From Macrostomum lignano (taxonomy: Eukaryota): a DNA stretch of 64,000 nucleotides. Numbering within the stretch: position 1 is the stretch's first letter; every line of letters begins with the position of its first letter. Under the pieces are notes generated by a model. That model made no database searches. It saw only the letters and a list, made by a program, of their open reading frames with translations, and was not told the origin of the DNA. The DNA is taken from positions 4,174 to 68,173 of the forward strand of contig NIVC01001287.1 of the NCBI GenBank assembly GCA_002269645.1, in the 5' to 3' direction. The translations under genes and the position numbers were made by a program. This document shows positions 36,201 to 53,866 of this stretch, piece after piece.

Positions 36201-39200
36201 AACCCTTGATCTCGCCGCCATCAGACACCATTTCATTGTACCTTTGATCTCGCCGCCATCAGACCCCATTTCCTTGTACCTTTGATGTCACCGCCATCAG
36301 ACTTCATTTCATTGTACCTTTGATGTTGCCGCCATCAGACCCCACTTCCTTGTACCTTTGATGTCACCGCCATAAGACTCCATTTTATTTTACCTTTGAT
36401 CTCGCCGCCATCAGACCCCATTTCCTTGTACCTTTGATTTCGCCGCCATCAGACTTCATTTCATTGTACCTTTGATGTCACCGCCATCAGACCTAATTCC
36501 AAAGACGTTTGTTATCATCGCTGTTATCATCAAAGCCAATGATTGTTCAGAACTTAGCTTTTTTATTTGTAATAAATTTTTAATTTACCTATCAATGCAT
36601 TCCAGCCACAGCCCTGATGGTAGCTACTGAGCTCAAACGTTCGCGCGAAATGATTCTGACGCTGATTTCTGGTGGAGCATTTCTAGATTTTCGCGACGCC
36701 AAAGGTCTGACCGCTATGCACCTGGCCGCCATCACTGGCAATGGGGAGTCTATACAGGTGAGCATGATTCACTGCATCACTGAACTACTGAGTCACTGCA
36801 TCACTGACCTACTGAGTCACTGCATCACTGACCTACTGAGTCACTGCATCACTGACCTACTGAGTCACTGCATCACTGACCTACTGAGTCACTGCATCAC
36901 TGACCTACTGAGTCACTGCATCACTGACCTACTGAGTCACTGCATCACTGACCTACTGAGTCACTGCATCACTGACCTACTGAGTCACTGCATCACTGAC
37001 CTACTGAGTCACTGCATCACTGACCTACTGAGGCACTGCATCACTGACCTACTAGTCACTGCATCACTGACCTACTGAGGCACTGCATCACTGACCTACT
37101 GAGTCACTGCATCACTGACCTACTGAGGCACTGCATCACTGACCTACTGAGTCACCCCATCACTGACCTACTGAGTCACCCCATCACTGACCTACTGAGT
37201 CACCCCATCACTGACCTACTGAGTCACCCCATCACTGACCTACTGAGTCACTGCATCACTGACCTACTGAGTCACTGCATCACTGACCTACTGAGTCATT
37301 GCATCACTGACCTACTGAGTCACCCCATCACTGACCTACTGAGTCACCCCATCACTGACCTACTGAGTCACTGTATCACTGACCTACTGAGTCACTGTAT
37401 CACTGACCTACTGAGTCACTGCATCACTGACCTACTGAGTCACCCCATCACTGACCTACTGAGTCACCCCATCACTGACCTACTGAGTCACCCCATCACT
37501 GACCTACTGAGTCACCCCATCACTGACCTACTGAGTCACCCCATCACTGACCTACTGAGTCACCCCATCACTGACCTACTGAGTCACCCCATCACTGACC
37601 TATTAAATCCCAATCTTAAAAATATTTTCCAGACTCTACTCGACCTAGGTCAGTCTCCGAATTGCCTAGACTCAGGCGGTTTGACTCCGTTATACCACAG
37701 CATCCTTCACAGCGGTTCCACCGTGGTTGCCGAGATGCTGCTATACGATGGAAGCTGCCTGGGCATCAGGGACGACAAGGGCCTTTGCGAAATTCACCAG
37801 GTTCGGCATTAATTGGTCTTTGTTGAAAAACACGCATCTGATTCTCACGCCGCAACCCCTGGTGCGCGGCGACATTCAGTTGGGGGTTGTCGGGCTCTTC
37901 AAAGCCATGAGGGCCAGCCCCCAAGGCGCTGACAGTGTACATGCCTGTCAATAAGAAAGTCAGAGCCGCTGTACACCCTGTGTGAGCGTGTGTATGAGTG
38001 TGTGACAGCGTGCAGTATGTATGTGCTGAGGATTCAGTGGATTAATGGTCAGTGCGTCACCGCTGGCTAGCTGTGGACGATGTCTCCGAAGGTTTTTTCC
38101 AGGAGTCCCACAGCTCTGCTGCAATTTATTGCATTCCTAAATCATCCACAGGCCTGCAAACTGGGCAGGGAGCACCATCTTGAACTGCTGCTGACCTACG
38201 GTGCCGATATTAATAGCACTTCAACTCACGGTAACACACCGTTGCACGTGTCTGCTCTGGCTAATCAGGTGGGCAAAATCGATTTGTTTGGCAACAATGG
38301 TACTTAATATAAATTGACGACTAAATTTACCAAATCAAGCTAAGTTTGCTATTAGATCCTGTTTTCTTAGGACGTATGATGTCACCGACATTAGATCCTG
38401 TTTTCCTAGAACTGGTGTCACCGCTATTAGATTCATTGCCCTTGGGGCGTTTGATGTCCTTGCTATTGTCCTTATGGCCCATTTCAACAAAATTTGCAGC
38501 TTGAATGCGCCAGGACACTTCTAAGACGGGGCGCCGACAGGCAAATAAAAAACTACCAGGGTCATAACGCCGAGGACACGGCGTTGCTGGCTGGCAACCA
38601 AAGTCTAGCCGAGCTGATCCGCGACTTCAGCCCCTCCGAAGTGACTCCGATCGAGGCTAAGCCCAGACTGAACACGCGTCGAAGACGAACAAACAGCAAC
38701 CTTGGCGGCGGTCAGTCACTGGGCTACGGAAGTCGCGGTTGGGGCTCACTAGCCAGCGTCGGCGCGGCCCACTACAGGCAGCAGGTGCACCAACAGGCGG
38801 GTAGGTCACAGAACACCCTGTTTGAGCGAGACCTGTCTATGGGCCGCCTATCTGTGTCTTCTTCGATGGCTGCTGGATTCGGAGCGACAGTTGGTAAGGG
38901 ACTTTCGTTTTTAGGGTTTATACGTTCATAATTGCATCTTTTTGTTCTTGATATCTGCCTTCTTTAACGTCAATCTCATTTAGTCCAGTTTATCTTCGAC
39001 TTTGAACAACCAGATACGCTCGTAATCCTTTCTGTGTGTCTCTACAGCATCAGTTGGTTCTTTTAGTGTTTTCACAGTCTACTCAAAGCCTTCTGCTTTC
39101 ACAGTCTTGGTTGGTGTTCTACGTATAATCACAGTTACCGTCTGTTCACAATTTTGGTTGCTACAATCGTATCATTCGTGTGATAAAATTTTGTGTTGGG

Positions 39201-42071
39201 TGCGCAAGGTGTGTTTACCTTTTCTTACGAGCGTGTTTACCGTAGAGTGCACGTGTACATTCAAAGTGTTTCTTTCATGTTATGTCATCTTAGGCTCAAC
39301 TAAAGAAGATAGCTATTAAGTAGGAGGATTTGGTTTAAGTGTACTTCGTATGACTGATAGCCTAGAGTCCTGATGTATTCGTGTGTTGCACGTGTATTTT
39401 TGCATGAAGTCTCGATAAATAATCCCCATGGAAGAGCAAAATCTTGTTTGAGCATTGCATATACAGCTACTAAGAGCTCCAACTCGGTTGTCATGCCCTT
39501 TGGCAAATAAGCGGTGTTTGTGACATTTGAGATGGTCACGTTCAACTCAATATTAGCGATGGGAGATATATTTATAAAATTATACAAATTCGGGGTCATG
39601 CTTGCAATGCAATCGGTTTTTCACTGCACCATACTTTTTTATAAACCTATTGCTTGCTTATTCGACTATACTTGTTAAGTTACTGGATGGAATTCTCTTT
39701 AGGATTCTCTCTTGACTGCCTGAGTTGAAAAAATTAGCGAATTTTTGTAAAGTAAAATTGACTATTAATTTTTCTATCGACCAAATTTACTTACAGGTAG
39801 CCATTATTCAACGAGAAGCGAGTTTGTCTTTGCTGGAAGGTAAGCAAACAGTTGGTACACTAATTTTTTACTTAGATGCCGTAGCCCTGTGGTTTAGCGT
39901 GGGGGGGGGGGCTCTGATGTGCAAGAGGCCCAGGCTCGATTTCAAGTGTGTTCAAATTGGAATCTTAGCTGGGCTATGCTTGTGCAATTAACGCCCTTGA
40001 GGGTCAACCCCCAAAGCACAGTGAAGTGTACATTTATATGTCTAACACTCCTGTGTGTGTGCCTGTGCGTATGACTGCGTACGTATCCGCGTGCGCTAAT
40101 TGTGTGCCTGCTCAGGGCAGTCGGCGGAATGGGCAGTAATGCGGTAGTGGTTGTAGTGGTGACTGTGTGACAATGTCGATTAAAGTACAACCAGGGTGCA
40201 TACAGTATCAAATACCATTACGCTCTTAATAATTAGCAACTCTAATTACCGATTTATCGCTCTAACGGCGACTCTGTACCAAAAATGTACACAGTTTCGT
40301 AAATCCGAGCTAGTCCTGCTGGTAAAACACTTGATTGTAAAAAATTGTACATGTTTTGCTATTTTCAGGAAAAAACACTTTCCATTTACAGCCGAAAAGA
40401 TTCTCTGCCACCAGAGCAACTGGCTCGCACGGTTGTCATTCAGCGTAGCTCCGGTGGCGGCTTCGGCTTCACTCTGAAAGGCAGTAAGACTCCAATCTCG
40501 GCCAGTCCGGACTCCAATGCCACGTCGTCGCGTCAGATCCTGGGCCCCATCGAACCTGGCAAGCCGGCTTATTTAGCAGGAATGCGCCAGGATGACCTGG
40601 TGCTGGAGATCAACGGAGTAGACGTTCGGGCATTGTCTCACGCCGACTGTCTGCAGTTAATCACAGGTGACACTCTGACACTGAAACTGCTGACGCCGCC
40701 AACTCCGGTTCGAGACGGCCACAGTCAATCGGTGTTATCTGTTCAAAGCGACACTGAACCGTTGAGAGCCATTGGTATGCGATTTTACATTTTGCAAGCT
40801 ATCTTAAGTATTTTCTAACGATATCCTAACATAAACTTTTCTACACTTTTCACACCTGCCTCTAAAATTGAACAGACATGCTAGACCGAACTCTCAACTG
40901 CTACGAAGAAATTCCCGAGGACCCGTTGCCTGCTGAGCAGAAGACTCAGCCAGAGCCAGTTGCAGTAACAGAAACCGAGAATAAAGACACAAATACTAGC
41001 GCTACAACGTCAAAATCTGACACACCTGAGAAATCAACAGTTCAACCAGTAGCCAAAAGTGCAATGGTTGCTGCAGGCGCTGCTGCCGCAGTGGCTGCCG
41101 CGTCACCAGAAGCAGAGCAGCAGCCAGAAGTCAACGAGGCTCCAACAGCTGCTACTACAGGCGTCGAAGCACCGATAGAAGAACCTGTGGAAGTTTTGCC
41201 CGCACCAGAAGGTTTTGGAAACGATGCTCAGCAACAAAGCAGTCAAAGCAAAGAACAATCCAATCCAACTGAAAGCACTTCAGATCCACCAGATCCCGAA
41301 GAGCAAGAAAGTCCAATTGATCGGAAAATATCCACCATAGCGCCGTTGCCCACCCGGGTGCCACCGCCACCGCCGACTGCGCCGCCGCCTCCTCCGCCGC
41401 CGAAGCCGTCGCTTGGCACTCCGTCGACCGCCGCCTCCGTGGCAATTATTCGCCGACGCTCCCTGCTAGCAAAACCGGCCGCAGCCACGCCGGACCACGA
41501 TCAGGAGCTTCGACGCCTGGTTGAACTGCGACGGAAAAAGATCGACTCCGGTCAGGTTGAACCCAGCCAGCAGATTGAGGCGCAGCTCAATAGAAAGAGC
41601 GCTGGATCCAGGATGATCATCGTGCCATCTGGATCCGTTGCGGCAACCGCTGCAGTTGCTGCTGAGAACTCCAACAAGTCTATTGATGCCACTAAAGAAT
41701 CCGTTGCCACCAGCAGTACTCCTGTTTCTTCCACAACAACAAAGATTTCTGCCGCTGCTGCTCCTGCTTCTACGAATGGTCCAGCTGCTGTAGCAGGTGC
41801 TTCATCTTCCGCATCTAGTTCCAGTGCAGCAACTACTGTTAGTAACACCTCGCCGAAGCCAACTCCAGCAGTGAACAACGGAGACTCATCGCCAATTCAA
41901 CTGCGCCGATCTGTGGCGAATCCGCAGCTAGCCGACGTGGCCGCAACCGATGCAACGGCTGCTGAAAGGCCGGCGTCGTTTACTGGCAAAGCGGAACAGC
42001 TGAGACAGATGATTCTGAAACAGCAGCAACAGCAGCATCAACAAAATTCGAGGAAACCAACGCAACTTTAA
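33274..42071 (+). CDS. Shank: Shank-family scaffold (SPN/FERM-N, ankyrin repeats, PDZ, Pro-rich tail), about 974 aa; exons 33274-33366, 33877-34074, 34443-34514, 34597-34705, 36606-36757, 37633-37800, 38152-38268, 38500-38893, 39797-39839, 40392-40774, 40876-42071
   Basis: LNYGLYLPGNRGRAGKFLQEERLLNEYP and LRYKRRIY (SPN). Ankyrin exons GAFLDFRD..GLTAMHLAA, GLTPLYH, GNTPLHV. PDZ GFGFTLKGSK. All junctions are GT-AG and phase-consistent. Confidence 0.92.
33408..33738. repeat. AGACACTG-based minisatellite, Shank intron 1
   Basis: Visible tandem units. Confidence 0.9.
34748..35335. repeat. 21-bp minisatellite, Shank intron 4
   Basis: GTGACCTGTCTGTCCATCTST units; explains ORF 34649-35290. Confidence 0.95.
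36055..36500. repeat. About 38-bp diverged minisatellite, Shank intron 4
   Basis: CCGCCATCAGACCCCATTTCCTTGTACCTTTGAT units. Confidence 0.85.
36770..37605. repeat. 24-bp minisatellite, about 35 units, Shank intron 5
   Basis: CACTGCATCACTGACCTACTGAGT units. Confidence 0.95.
37905..38050 (+). mobile_element. Diverged interspersed repeat (second SINE-like family), copy 1
   Basis: CCAAGGCGCTGACAGTGTACATGCC..AGAAAGTCAGAGCCGCTGTACAC is homologous to 46150-46335 and 39980-40135. Confidence 0.55.
39877..40135 (+). mobile_element. Second SINE-like family, copy with tRNA-like head
   Basis: A-box-like TAGCCCTGTGG and B-box-like GGCTCGATT, followed by a body shared with the 37.9-kb and 46.2-kb copies. 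Confidence 0.5.
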
Positions 42072-42809
42072 ACTGTGATTCTAAATTTCGTACCATGTAC
42101 TGATTTTGTTGCTTTGTGCTGAACAAAAACTTCAATTGGATCAATATATATATATTTCCTCTGTTGATAGAAATGGGTCAAAGAAGGTCGTTATACCGAT
42201 ACAATATTTCGAGGTCGATCGACAATTAAGCGGGTAGTTTTATCAGCGAAAAGAGGCCGATGGATAACGACGTCACTGCTGTACAGGATGCAGGTCGTTA
42301 AAAGTAGATTGCAAGTGCCACGCTGAAAACTACAATTAAGGTTTTACGCTCGTATTAACATTCAACTCCTCTGTTGAAAATAGCTCGTAAAGCTTGTATT
42401 TCTCGTAGATTATTTTGTCCAACATCACTGCACACATCACTCGTAAAATTATCGATTTTCTGACATGTACGCTTGTGCTAATCCGAGTTCACAGATACTC
42501 GTAGATATTCTAGTACCAACCAACCATCTTTTTTCAAAATGCTTATTGATTCTAGTAGACGTCGCCAATTATGTTTTAATCGCCAGCCGTTTAATGATTT
42601 TGTTCATTACTAAAAATAACTACAGATATTCCGTAACATTCAGTTCGGCAATTCCGATCTAACCAAAGTTGCATAATATCCATTTCTATATTTTAAAATT
42701 TATGCAATATCCCTTATCCTGCTTATGCAAATACAAAGAATAAAGAATTCGGATGTACTTTTAAGTCTTGCATTAATAAGCTAAAGAAGCATGTGCTGTT
42801 ACATATTCT

Positions 42810-43834
<1,025 letters not shown>

Positions 43835-44536
43835 GAAGATACCAGCTTCTGGGGCTCATGCCTTCATATGGTAGCGTTTTATCTATCCATCTTTTTGGAC
43901 ACGAGGCCTGACCAGGTGGTCAATTTCCCAGCTCCCTTCGCAGGTAGATTCACCTGGCACAATGGCTGCTTAAAGCAGCATTAAAGAGTGCGACATAAAA
44001 AACAATCTTATCAGAGACCTTGGAGAATTTTTAATTTCCAATTGTCCACAGAGTAATTCAAATTTTGCTACTTGAAGTAGCCTTGGATAGAACCAAATCG
44101 CTTGTTCACTTAGAGAAGACAATTAATCGTTGGACTAAAAGGTAAGCTATTTAGTCCATGTCGACATATACATAATTTTTATGGCTTTTGTCGCACTAAA
44201 TTTAAACACCGGGGTAATATTAATACTAAAGACATGGTAGCTAAAAATAGACTGACGCGTTTTGATCTGTAGTTGATCGAAGCAGACTGAGAGAGAGAGA
44301 GAGGAGAAAAAAACTGACTTGGGCAAGAACCGACTCAGTGCAACAGTTGGGGTGGAACAAATCCCGGCTATAAGTGAATGACGTGTGTGCGCGTACGGAC
44401 GTAGAGAAAATCGATATTAAATCAAATCTGCTAGCTACCAATACGAGCTAGCTCAGGCCTTTAAGTCAACCTGTGCAAGAGAAAAGAAGTCAAGGCTAAC
44501 GTCGCGTCTCTCGGGTTTGAGCGATAACAAAAAACA

Positions 44537-44749
44537 ATGGGTTTAACAAACGCCCCGGAAAACATCCAGATATCCGACTGCTACACCAACGGAGTGGTCA
44601 CCAACTGGGGCTGCAACTATTTCAACGAGGTTGCCGTGATCGTCCTGCTGGTGATCTTTGTCGGCTGCCTGGTGTCGGTCTGCATCTGTCTGGCCTATTG
44701 TTCCTACTTTAAAATACAGGCAAAGAGACAGAAGGACGATTATCGATAA
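44537..44749 (+). CDS. Orphan 70-aa single-pass membrane micro-protein
   Basis: Good start context aaaaaacaATGG, GC-rich codons, two N-terminal Cys, hydrophobic VAVIVLLVIFVGCLVSVCICLAYC, basic tail, then an AT-rich 3'UTR-like region. Confidence 0.65.
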   Translation: MGLTNAPENIQISDCYTNGVVTNWGCNYFNEVAVIVLLVIFVGCLVSVCICLAYCSYFKIQAKRQKDDYR

Positions 44750-45380
44750 GTGGATTTTTGAAATGGCAACAAGCTCTTGTAACATGTTACTTATCATTTG
44801 ACAGAAACTGAGCTTAATCTGTGATTCTATATTTTTCATCATTTTAGTTGTGCGTCTATTTTATCAACAAAAATACTTTTGTATTCTTCTATCGTGATTT
44901 TACGCGTATGTTGCATGTTATTTTCTACCCAAGAGTTAACATGTAACATTTATCGTTTTAACCTTTTTTTCGTGAGAAATTAACATCGTAAGAAAGAGGG
45001 TCAAAGCTATTAATTTTTATGTAGAATTATTCGTTTTCTTTGTAGTATATTCACGTACAACCCGTAGTAGCTTTAAGTATGTATTTGTTTAAATGACACA
45101 AGAAAATATATTTAAGAAGACCAGCATATTACATGAGTAGTTTTGTGTACACATTATAACATGTTTTCATACAGTTCACACTACGTTTGTTCGAGGCGTA
45201 TAAAAAGTTGTTATTATGTTTCAAAATAATGGCGTCATTGTAAATTTTTGTAGGATACATTTTAGAGATCAATTTTTTGGTAAGGAAAATTGGCAAATAA
45301 AAACGTCAGTCATACAAAGTAAAAAAATACACGCTTTGTTAAACGAAGAATTCGGTATTTTTAATCATTCAGAATCTTCA

Positions 45381-48743
<3,363 letters not shown>

Positions 48744-48939
48744 TCTGTGCGTTTTCCAACTGACTTTAGAGTAAATGACAAGAGCAAGTTAAACTAATGG
48801 GGAGCTCTGTTTGTAAGCGAGTCTGATGTTAATATGTGTTTAAATTTTAGACTTGCCATAGATATCAACTCGTTGCTAAATTTAATCCAGCATACTCTTG
48901 AAGATTAGGGACTTTGATTACATAGATGAGCCAGTGGGA

Positions 48940-50790
48940 GACTGAGGGGTAATAGAGAGACTGAGGGGTAAGAGAGAGACTGGGGGGTAATAGAGAGACT
49001 GAGGGGTAATAGAGACTGAGGGGTAAGGGAGACTAAGGGGTAATAGAGAGACTGAGGGGTAAGAGAGACTGGGGGGTAATAGAGACTGAGGGGTAAGGGA
49101 GACTGAGGGGTAAGAGAGAGACTGGGGGGTAATAGAGAGACTGAGGGGTAATAGAGAGACTGAGGGGTAATAGAGAGACTGAGGGGTAATAGAGAGACTG
49201 AGGGGTAATAGAGAGACTGAGGGGTAAGAGAGACTGAAGGGGTAAGGGAGACTGAGGGGTAATAGAGAGACTGAGGGGTAATAGAGAGACTGAGGGGTAA
49301 GAGAGACTGAGGGGTGAGAGAGACTGAGGGGTGAGAGAGACTGAGGGGTAATAGAGAGACTGAGGGGTAATAGAGAGACTGAGGGGTAAGGAAGACTGAG
49401 GGGTAAGGGAAACTGAGGGGTAATAGAGACTGAAGGGGTAAGAGAGATTGAGGGGTAAGAGAGACTGGGGGGTAATAGAGACTGAGGGGGTAAGAGAGAC
49501 TGGGGGTAATAGAGACTGAGGGGTAATAGAGAGACTGAGGGGTAATAGAGAGACTGAGGGGTAATAGAGAGACTGAGGGGGTAAGAGAGACTGGGGGGTA
49601 AGAGAGACTGGGGGTAATAGAGAGACTGAGGGGTAATAGAGAGACTGAGGGGTAAGAGAGAGACTGAGGGGGTAAGAGAGACTGGGGGGTAATAGAGAGA
49701 CTGAGGGGTAATAGAGAGACTGAGGGGTAATAGAGAGACTGAGGGGTAAGAGAGAGACTGGGGGTAATAGAGAGACTGAGGGTAATAGAGAGACTGAGGG
49801 GTAATAGAGAGACTGAGGGGTAAGAGAGAGACTGGGGGGTAATAGAGAGACTGAGGGGGTAAGAGAGACTGAGGGGGTAAGAGAGACTGAGGGGGTAAGA
49901 GAGACTGAGGGGTAATAGAGAGACTGAGGGGTAATAGAGAGACTGAGGGGTAATAGAGAGACTGAGGGGTAATAGAGAGACTGAGAGGTAAGGGAGACTG
50001 AGGGGTAATAAAGAGACTGAGGGGTAAGAGAGACTGAGAGGTAATAGAGAGACTGAGGGGTAATAGAGAGACTGAGGGGTAAGAGAGACTGAAGGGGTAA
50101 GGGAGACTGAGGGGTAATAGAGAGACTGAGGGGTAATAGAGAGACTGAGGGGTAAGAGAGACTGAGGGGTGAGAGAGACTGAGGGGTGAGAGAGACTGAG
50201 GGGTAATAGAGAGACTGAGGGGTAATAGAGAGACTGAGGGGTAAGGAAGACTGAGGGGTAAGGGAAACTGAGGGGTAATAGAGACTGAAGGGGTAAGAGA
50301 GATTGAGGGGTAATAGAGAGACTGAGGGGTAATAGAGAGACTGAGGGGTAATAGAGAGACTGAGGGGTAAGGAAGACTGAGGGGTAAGGGAAACTGAGGG
50401 GTAATAGAGACTGAAGGGGTAAGAGAGATTGAGGGGTAATAGAGAGACTGAGGGGTAATAGAGAGACTGAGGGGTAATAGAGAGACTGAGGGGTAAGGAA
50501 GACTGAGGGGTAAGAGAGATTGAGAGGTGATAGAGACTGAAGGGGTAAGAGAGACTGAAGGGGTAAGAGAGACTGAGGGGTAAGAGAGATTGAGGGGTAA
50601 GAGAGATTGAGAGGTGATAGAGACTGAAGGGGTAAGAGAGATTGAGGGGTGATAGAGACTGAGGGGTAAGAGAGACTGAAGGGGTAAGAGAGACTGAAGG
50701 CTAAGAGACTGAGGGTAAGAGACTGAGGAGTAAGAGGAGACTGAGGGACAAGAGAGAATGAGGGTAAGAGAGAGTGAGGGGTAAGTTAAA
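48940..50790. repeat. G-rich about 20-bp minisatellite, about 1.85 kb
   Basis: GAGAGACTGAGGGGTAATA units. Confidence 0.95.
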
Positions 50791-51389
50791 GAGAAGAATG
50801 ATGCTTAGCACAGTTAAGATCACTGGAATTTTAATATATAGTAAAAATACAAGTAAGAGAAAGCATAAATGGCTAACCCACAGAATACAACCAGTTAACC
50901 AGGTTTTTTCAATTCAGATTGTAACTGTTAACAAATGAGTTATTTACTTTCAAAACCATAGACAAATGCATGAATATCTTTGTTGATCAGTATTTTCACT
51001 TTCTCAATCTGATTAGTTCACAAATTGAGCTTGAATTCTCAATTATTGAAAAAGCTACAATTTTAGTTTGAATTCTAGTGTTAAACAATTTAATCAACAT
51101 GATAACCGATCAGTCAGATGGAATATTGTCCAATTGTAATTTTGCCACTCTGAAGCTGAATTATTTCTTGTCTAATAGGCCCAGCATCAGCGATCTGAAG
51201 GTGCACATGAATGTGGCGTAAGTAAATTTGCTTCCAAATTTGCTTTTCAATGCTACGAGAATCTCTTGGTTTTCATCAACTTTATCTTCAATAGTTTAGA
51301 AGATATCCTACTGAATAGTAGTAATAAAGGAACCTGCTTGAGGAACATCTCAACCTTCCATACTACTCGCTATTCATATTTAGGGGGCC

Positions 51390-51768
51390 CAGGGGTAGGA
51401 CACTCCGGCCCCGCGGGCCATGAGGTCCGGACCTCGGGCCCTTTGAAACTTCACAATAGCAATAGCGCCCCCCTCAAGGTTGGTGTCTCCTCTCTCCTCC
51501 CTCTCTCCTCCCTCTCTACTCTATTCCCCTCTATTGCCCTCTCCTCTCTTCTCTCCCCCTCTCCCCAGCCCTCTGAGGGGCTCCTCTCCCCTCTCCCATC
51601 GCCTATCTCTTCTCTCCTCTCTCCCCTCTCCTCTCTCCCCTCTTCCCTCTTCCCTCTTCTCTCCTCTCCTCTCCTCGCTTTTCCCACTTCTCTCACCTCT
51701 TCTCTCTTTTTTCTTTTCTCTTCATTCTTTTCTCATCTCATCTCTCGCCTTTCCTCTCCTCTCTCTTA
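51390..51768. mobile_element. Inverted partial copy of the GA-rich hAT-like MITE, cut by a Helitron-like element
   Basis: CAGGGGTAGGACACTCCGGCCCCGCGGGCC terminus, then a CT-rich interior. Confidence 0.5.
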
Positions 51769-53774
51769 TCTATCTCTAACTATAAAAATCAAAACTCTGT
51801 GTGTGTGTGTCTGTGTGTGGACAATTTTGATCGCTATGGACTCCCAAACCGCTCAACCAAATTACACCAAACTTTACACCCACCCTAAACTTACTACGGA
51901 GAATGTCTTAGGCTACCTTTTAATTTCCTAGACTCAAGTCTTCCTACCTAAAAGTGCAAAAAACTGCTCAAAATGCGCAATTTTTTCACTAAATCCTCCA
52001 TAGCGCCGCTCCACTTCTACCGATTCTCTTCAAATTTGACACAGGCAATTTTCAACTATTTTGACACAATCGTGTAAAATTTCGAATCTCAAAGTTAATC
52101 CTGAAAGCCGCTGTGCACTTTTAAAGTTAGGCTGTTTTTTTCAGCGTAGCAACCACCCCAACCTCCGCCCGCCTGCCTCTCCCGATCTGGGCCCAGATGT
52201 GTAAAAGGGTTTCAAAATTGACTATATTTCGGCTGCCATAAGTTTGCTCCACGTAAAGCGATTGACTTCAAACTTGACACAATTCTTTATTGACTCATTC
52301 TCTATCTAAATGTAAAGTTTCAACTCTGTAACTCAACCGAAACAGAAACTGTAAGCATGTGAAGTTTGTCTGCTTTTTCTGTTGTTTGTGCCACTCACTC
52401 ACTCATTCCCCCAGAGCCAGACGAAGGGTCAGGCGATAGGGCTGAATGTACATGGCAACGTACAGTGTTTTGGAATAACTTTTTAATAGCCTTCTCTGCA
52501 CCCCCGCGCGTGGAGAGGCTACGTTTAGCCACAACAGTTTAGTGAGAAATTCTAACCACGGCCCTCCCCTCTGTATAGGCAAACTCTGCAGCAGTTTAAC
52601 AGTGGATGGCAATTGGCAAATCGAGGCAATCCAGAATGATTTGTAAAAGCGAAATATTTATGAAAAGGCGATGCAATGCAATGAAATACAACCCTACTAA
52701 ATTAGGCACACCATGGAAATTTTAAGTTTCTCTTAAAAGTACTTTGAAATTTAAATGGCCTAAGAAATGCGTATTTCCTTGGTTGTTAGACTGATGCAGA
52801 CTGCAGTGGAGCTGAAGATACACAAATTCCTTTCAGGGCTGCAAATTGGCAAGAAAGATGACGTGATCAAAGCATGAGAATAACGATGAGAGTAGTACGT
52901 CCCACAAACTGGCTTTCGAAGCAGGGATCGGCAGACTTTTACTTCAAAAGCCAGATAAAGAATCCAGCTTATGTGCGGGCCAGATGAGAGTGGAAAGGAG
53001 AAGGAATAGACTATTAGAAGAGAGGAGAGGCGAGACGGGGATAAGAGAAAACATGGAAGATAAGAGGAGAGACAAGTGGTGAGGAGAAAGCAGAGGAAGA
53101 AGCGAGAGGAGGGGAGAAAGGAGGGAGAGGAAAGAGTAAAGGTGAGAAGAGGGGAGAGATGAGACAGAGGATCGATGAGAGGAGAGTAAAGAAGAGTGAG
53201 AAGAGAGTAGAGATGAGAGAGCAGAAAGAAGATGACAGAGGGTCAAGAGGAGAGGAGAGAGTAGAAAGGATAGAGAAAAGAGGAGATAAGAGGGGGAGAG
53301 AGGAGTGAGAAGAGAAGAGATAGAGATAAGAGAGGGGTGTAAGAAGAGGGGAGAAAGGAGAGATGAGATTGTAGAGATGAGACAAATGAAAGGAGAGATG
53401 AGAGAGTAAAGATGAGAGATGAAAAAGGTGAGAGGAGAGTGCAGAGAGACGAGAGAAGATAATAGAGGAGAGAGAGTATAGAAGAGGGAAGAGAAAAGAA
53501 GAGAGGAGTAAGGAAAGAGAGGAGTCAGAAGAGGTGAAAGAGAAAAGTACAGAGGAGATAAGTGAGAGAACGTATTAGAGAGTAAAGATGACAGATGAGA
53601 GAGCAGAGATGAGGGTGAACAGACGAGAGATGGGAGAGTAGAGAGAACAGAGGAGAGATAAGAGAGAAGAGATTACAGAGACTAGAGGAGAGAGGAGAGA
53701 CAGGGAGAGAGAAGAGGAAATAGGAGAATGAAGAGGGGAGAGAGTAGAGAGGAGAAGAGAGATGGGAGAGGAGA

Positions 53775-53866
<92 letters not shown>

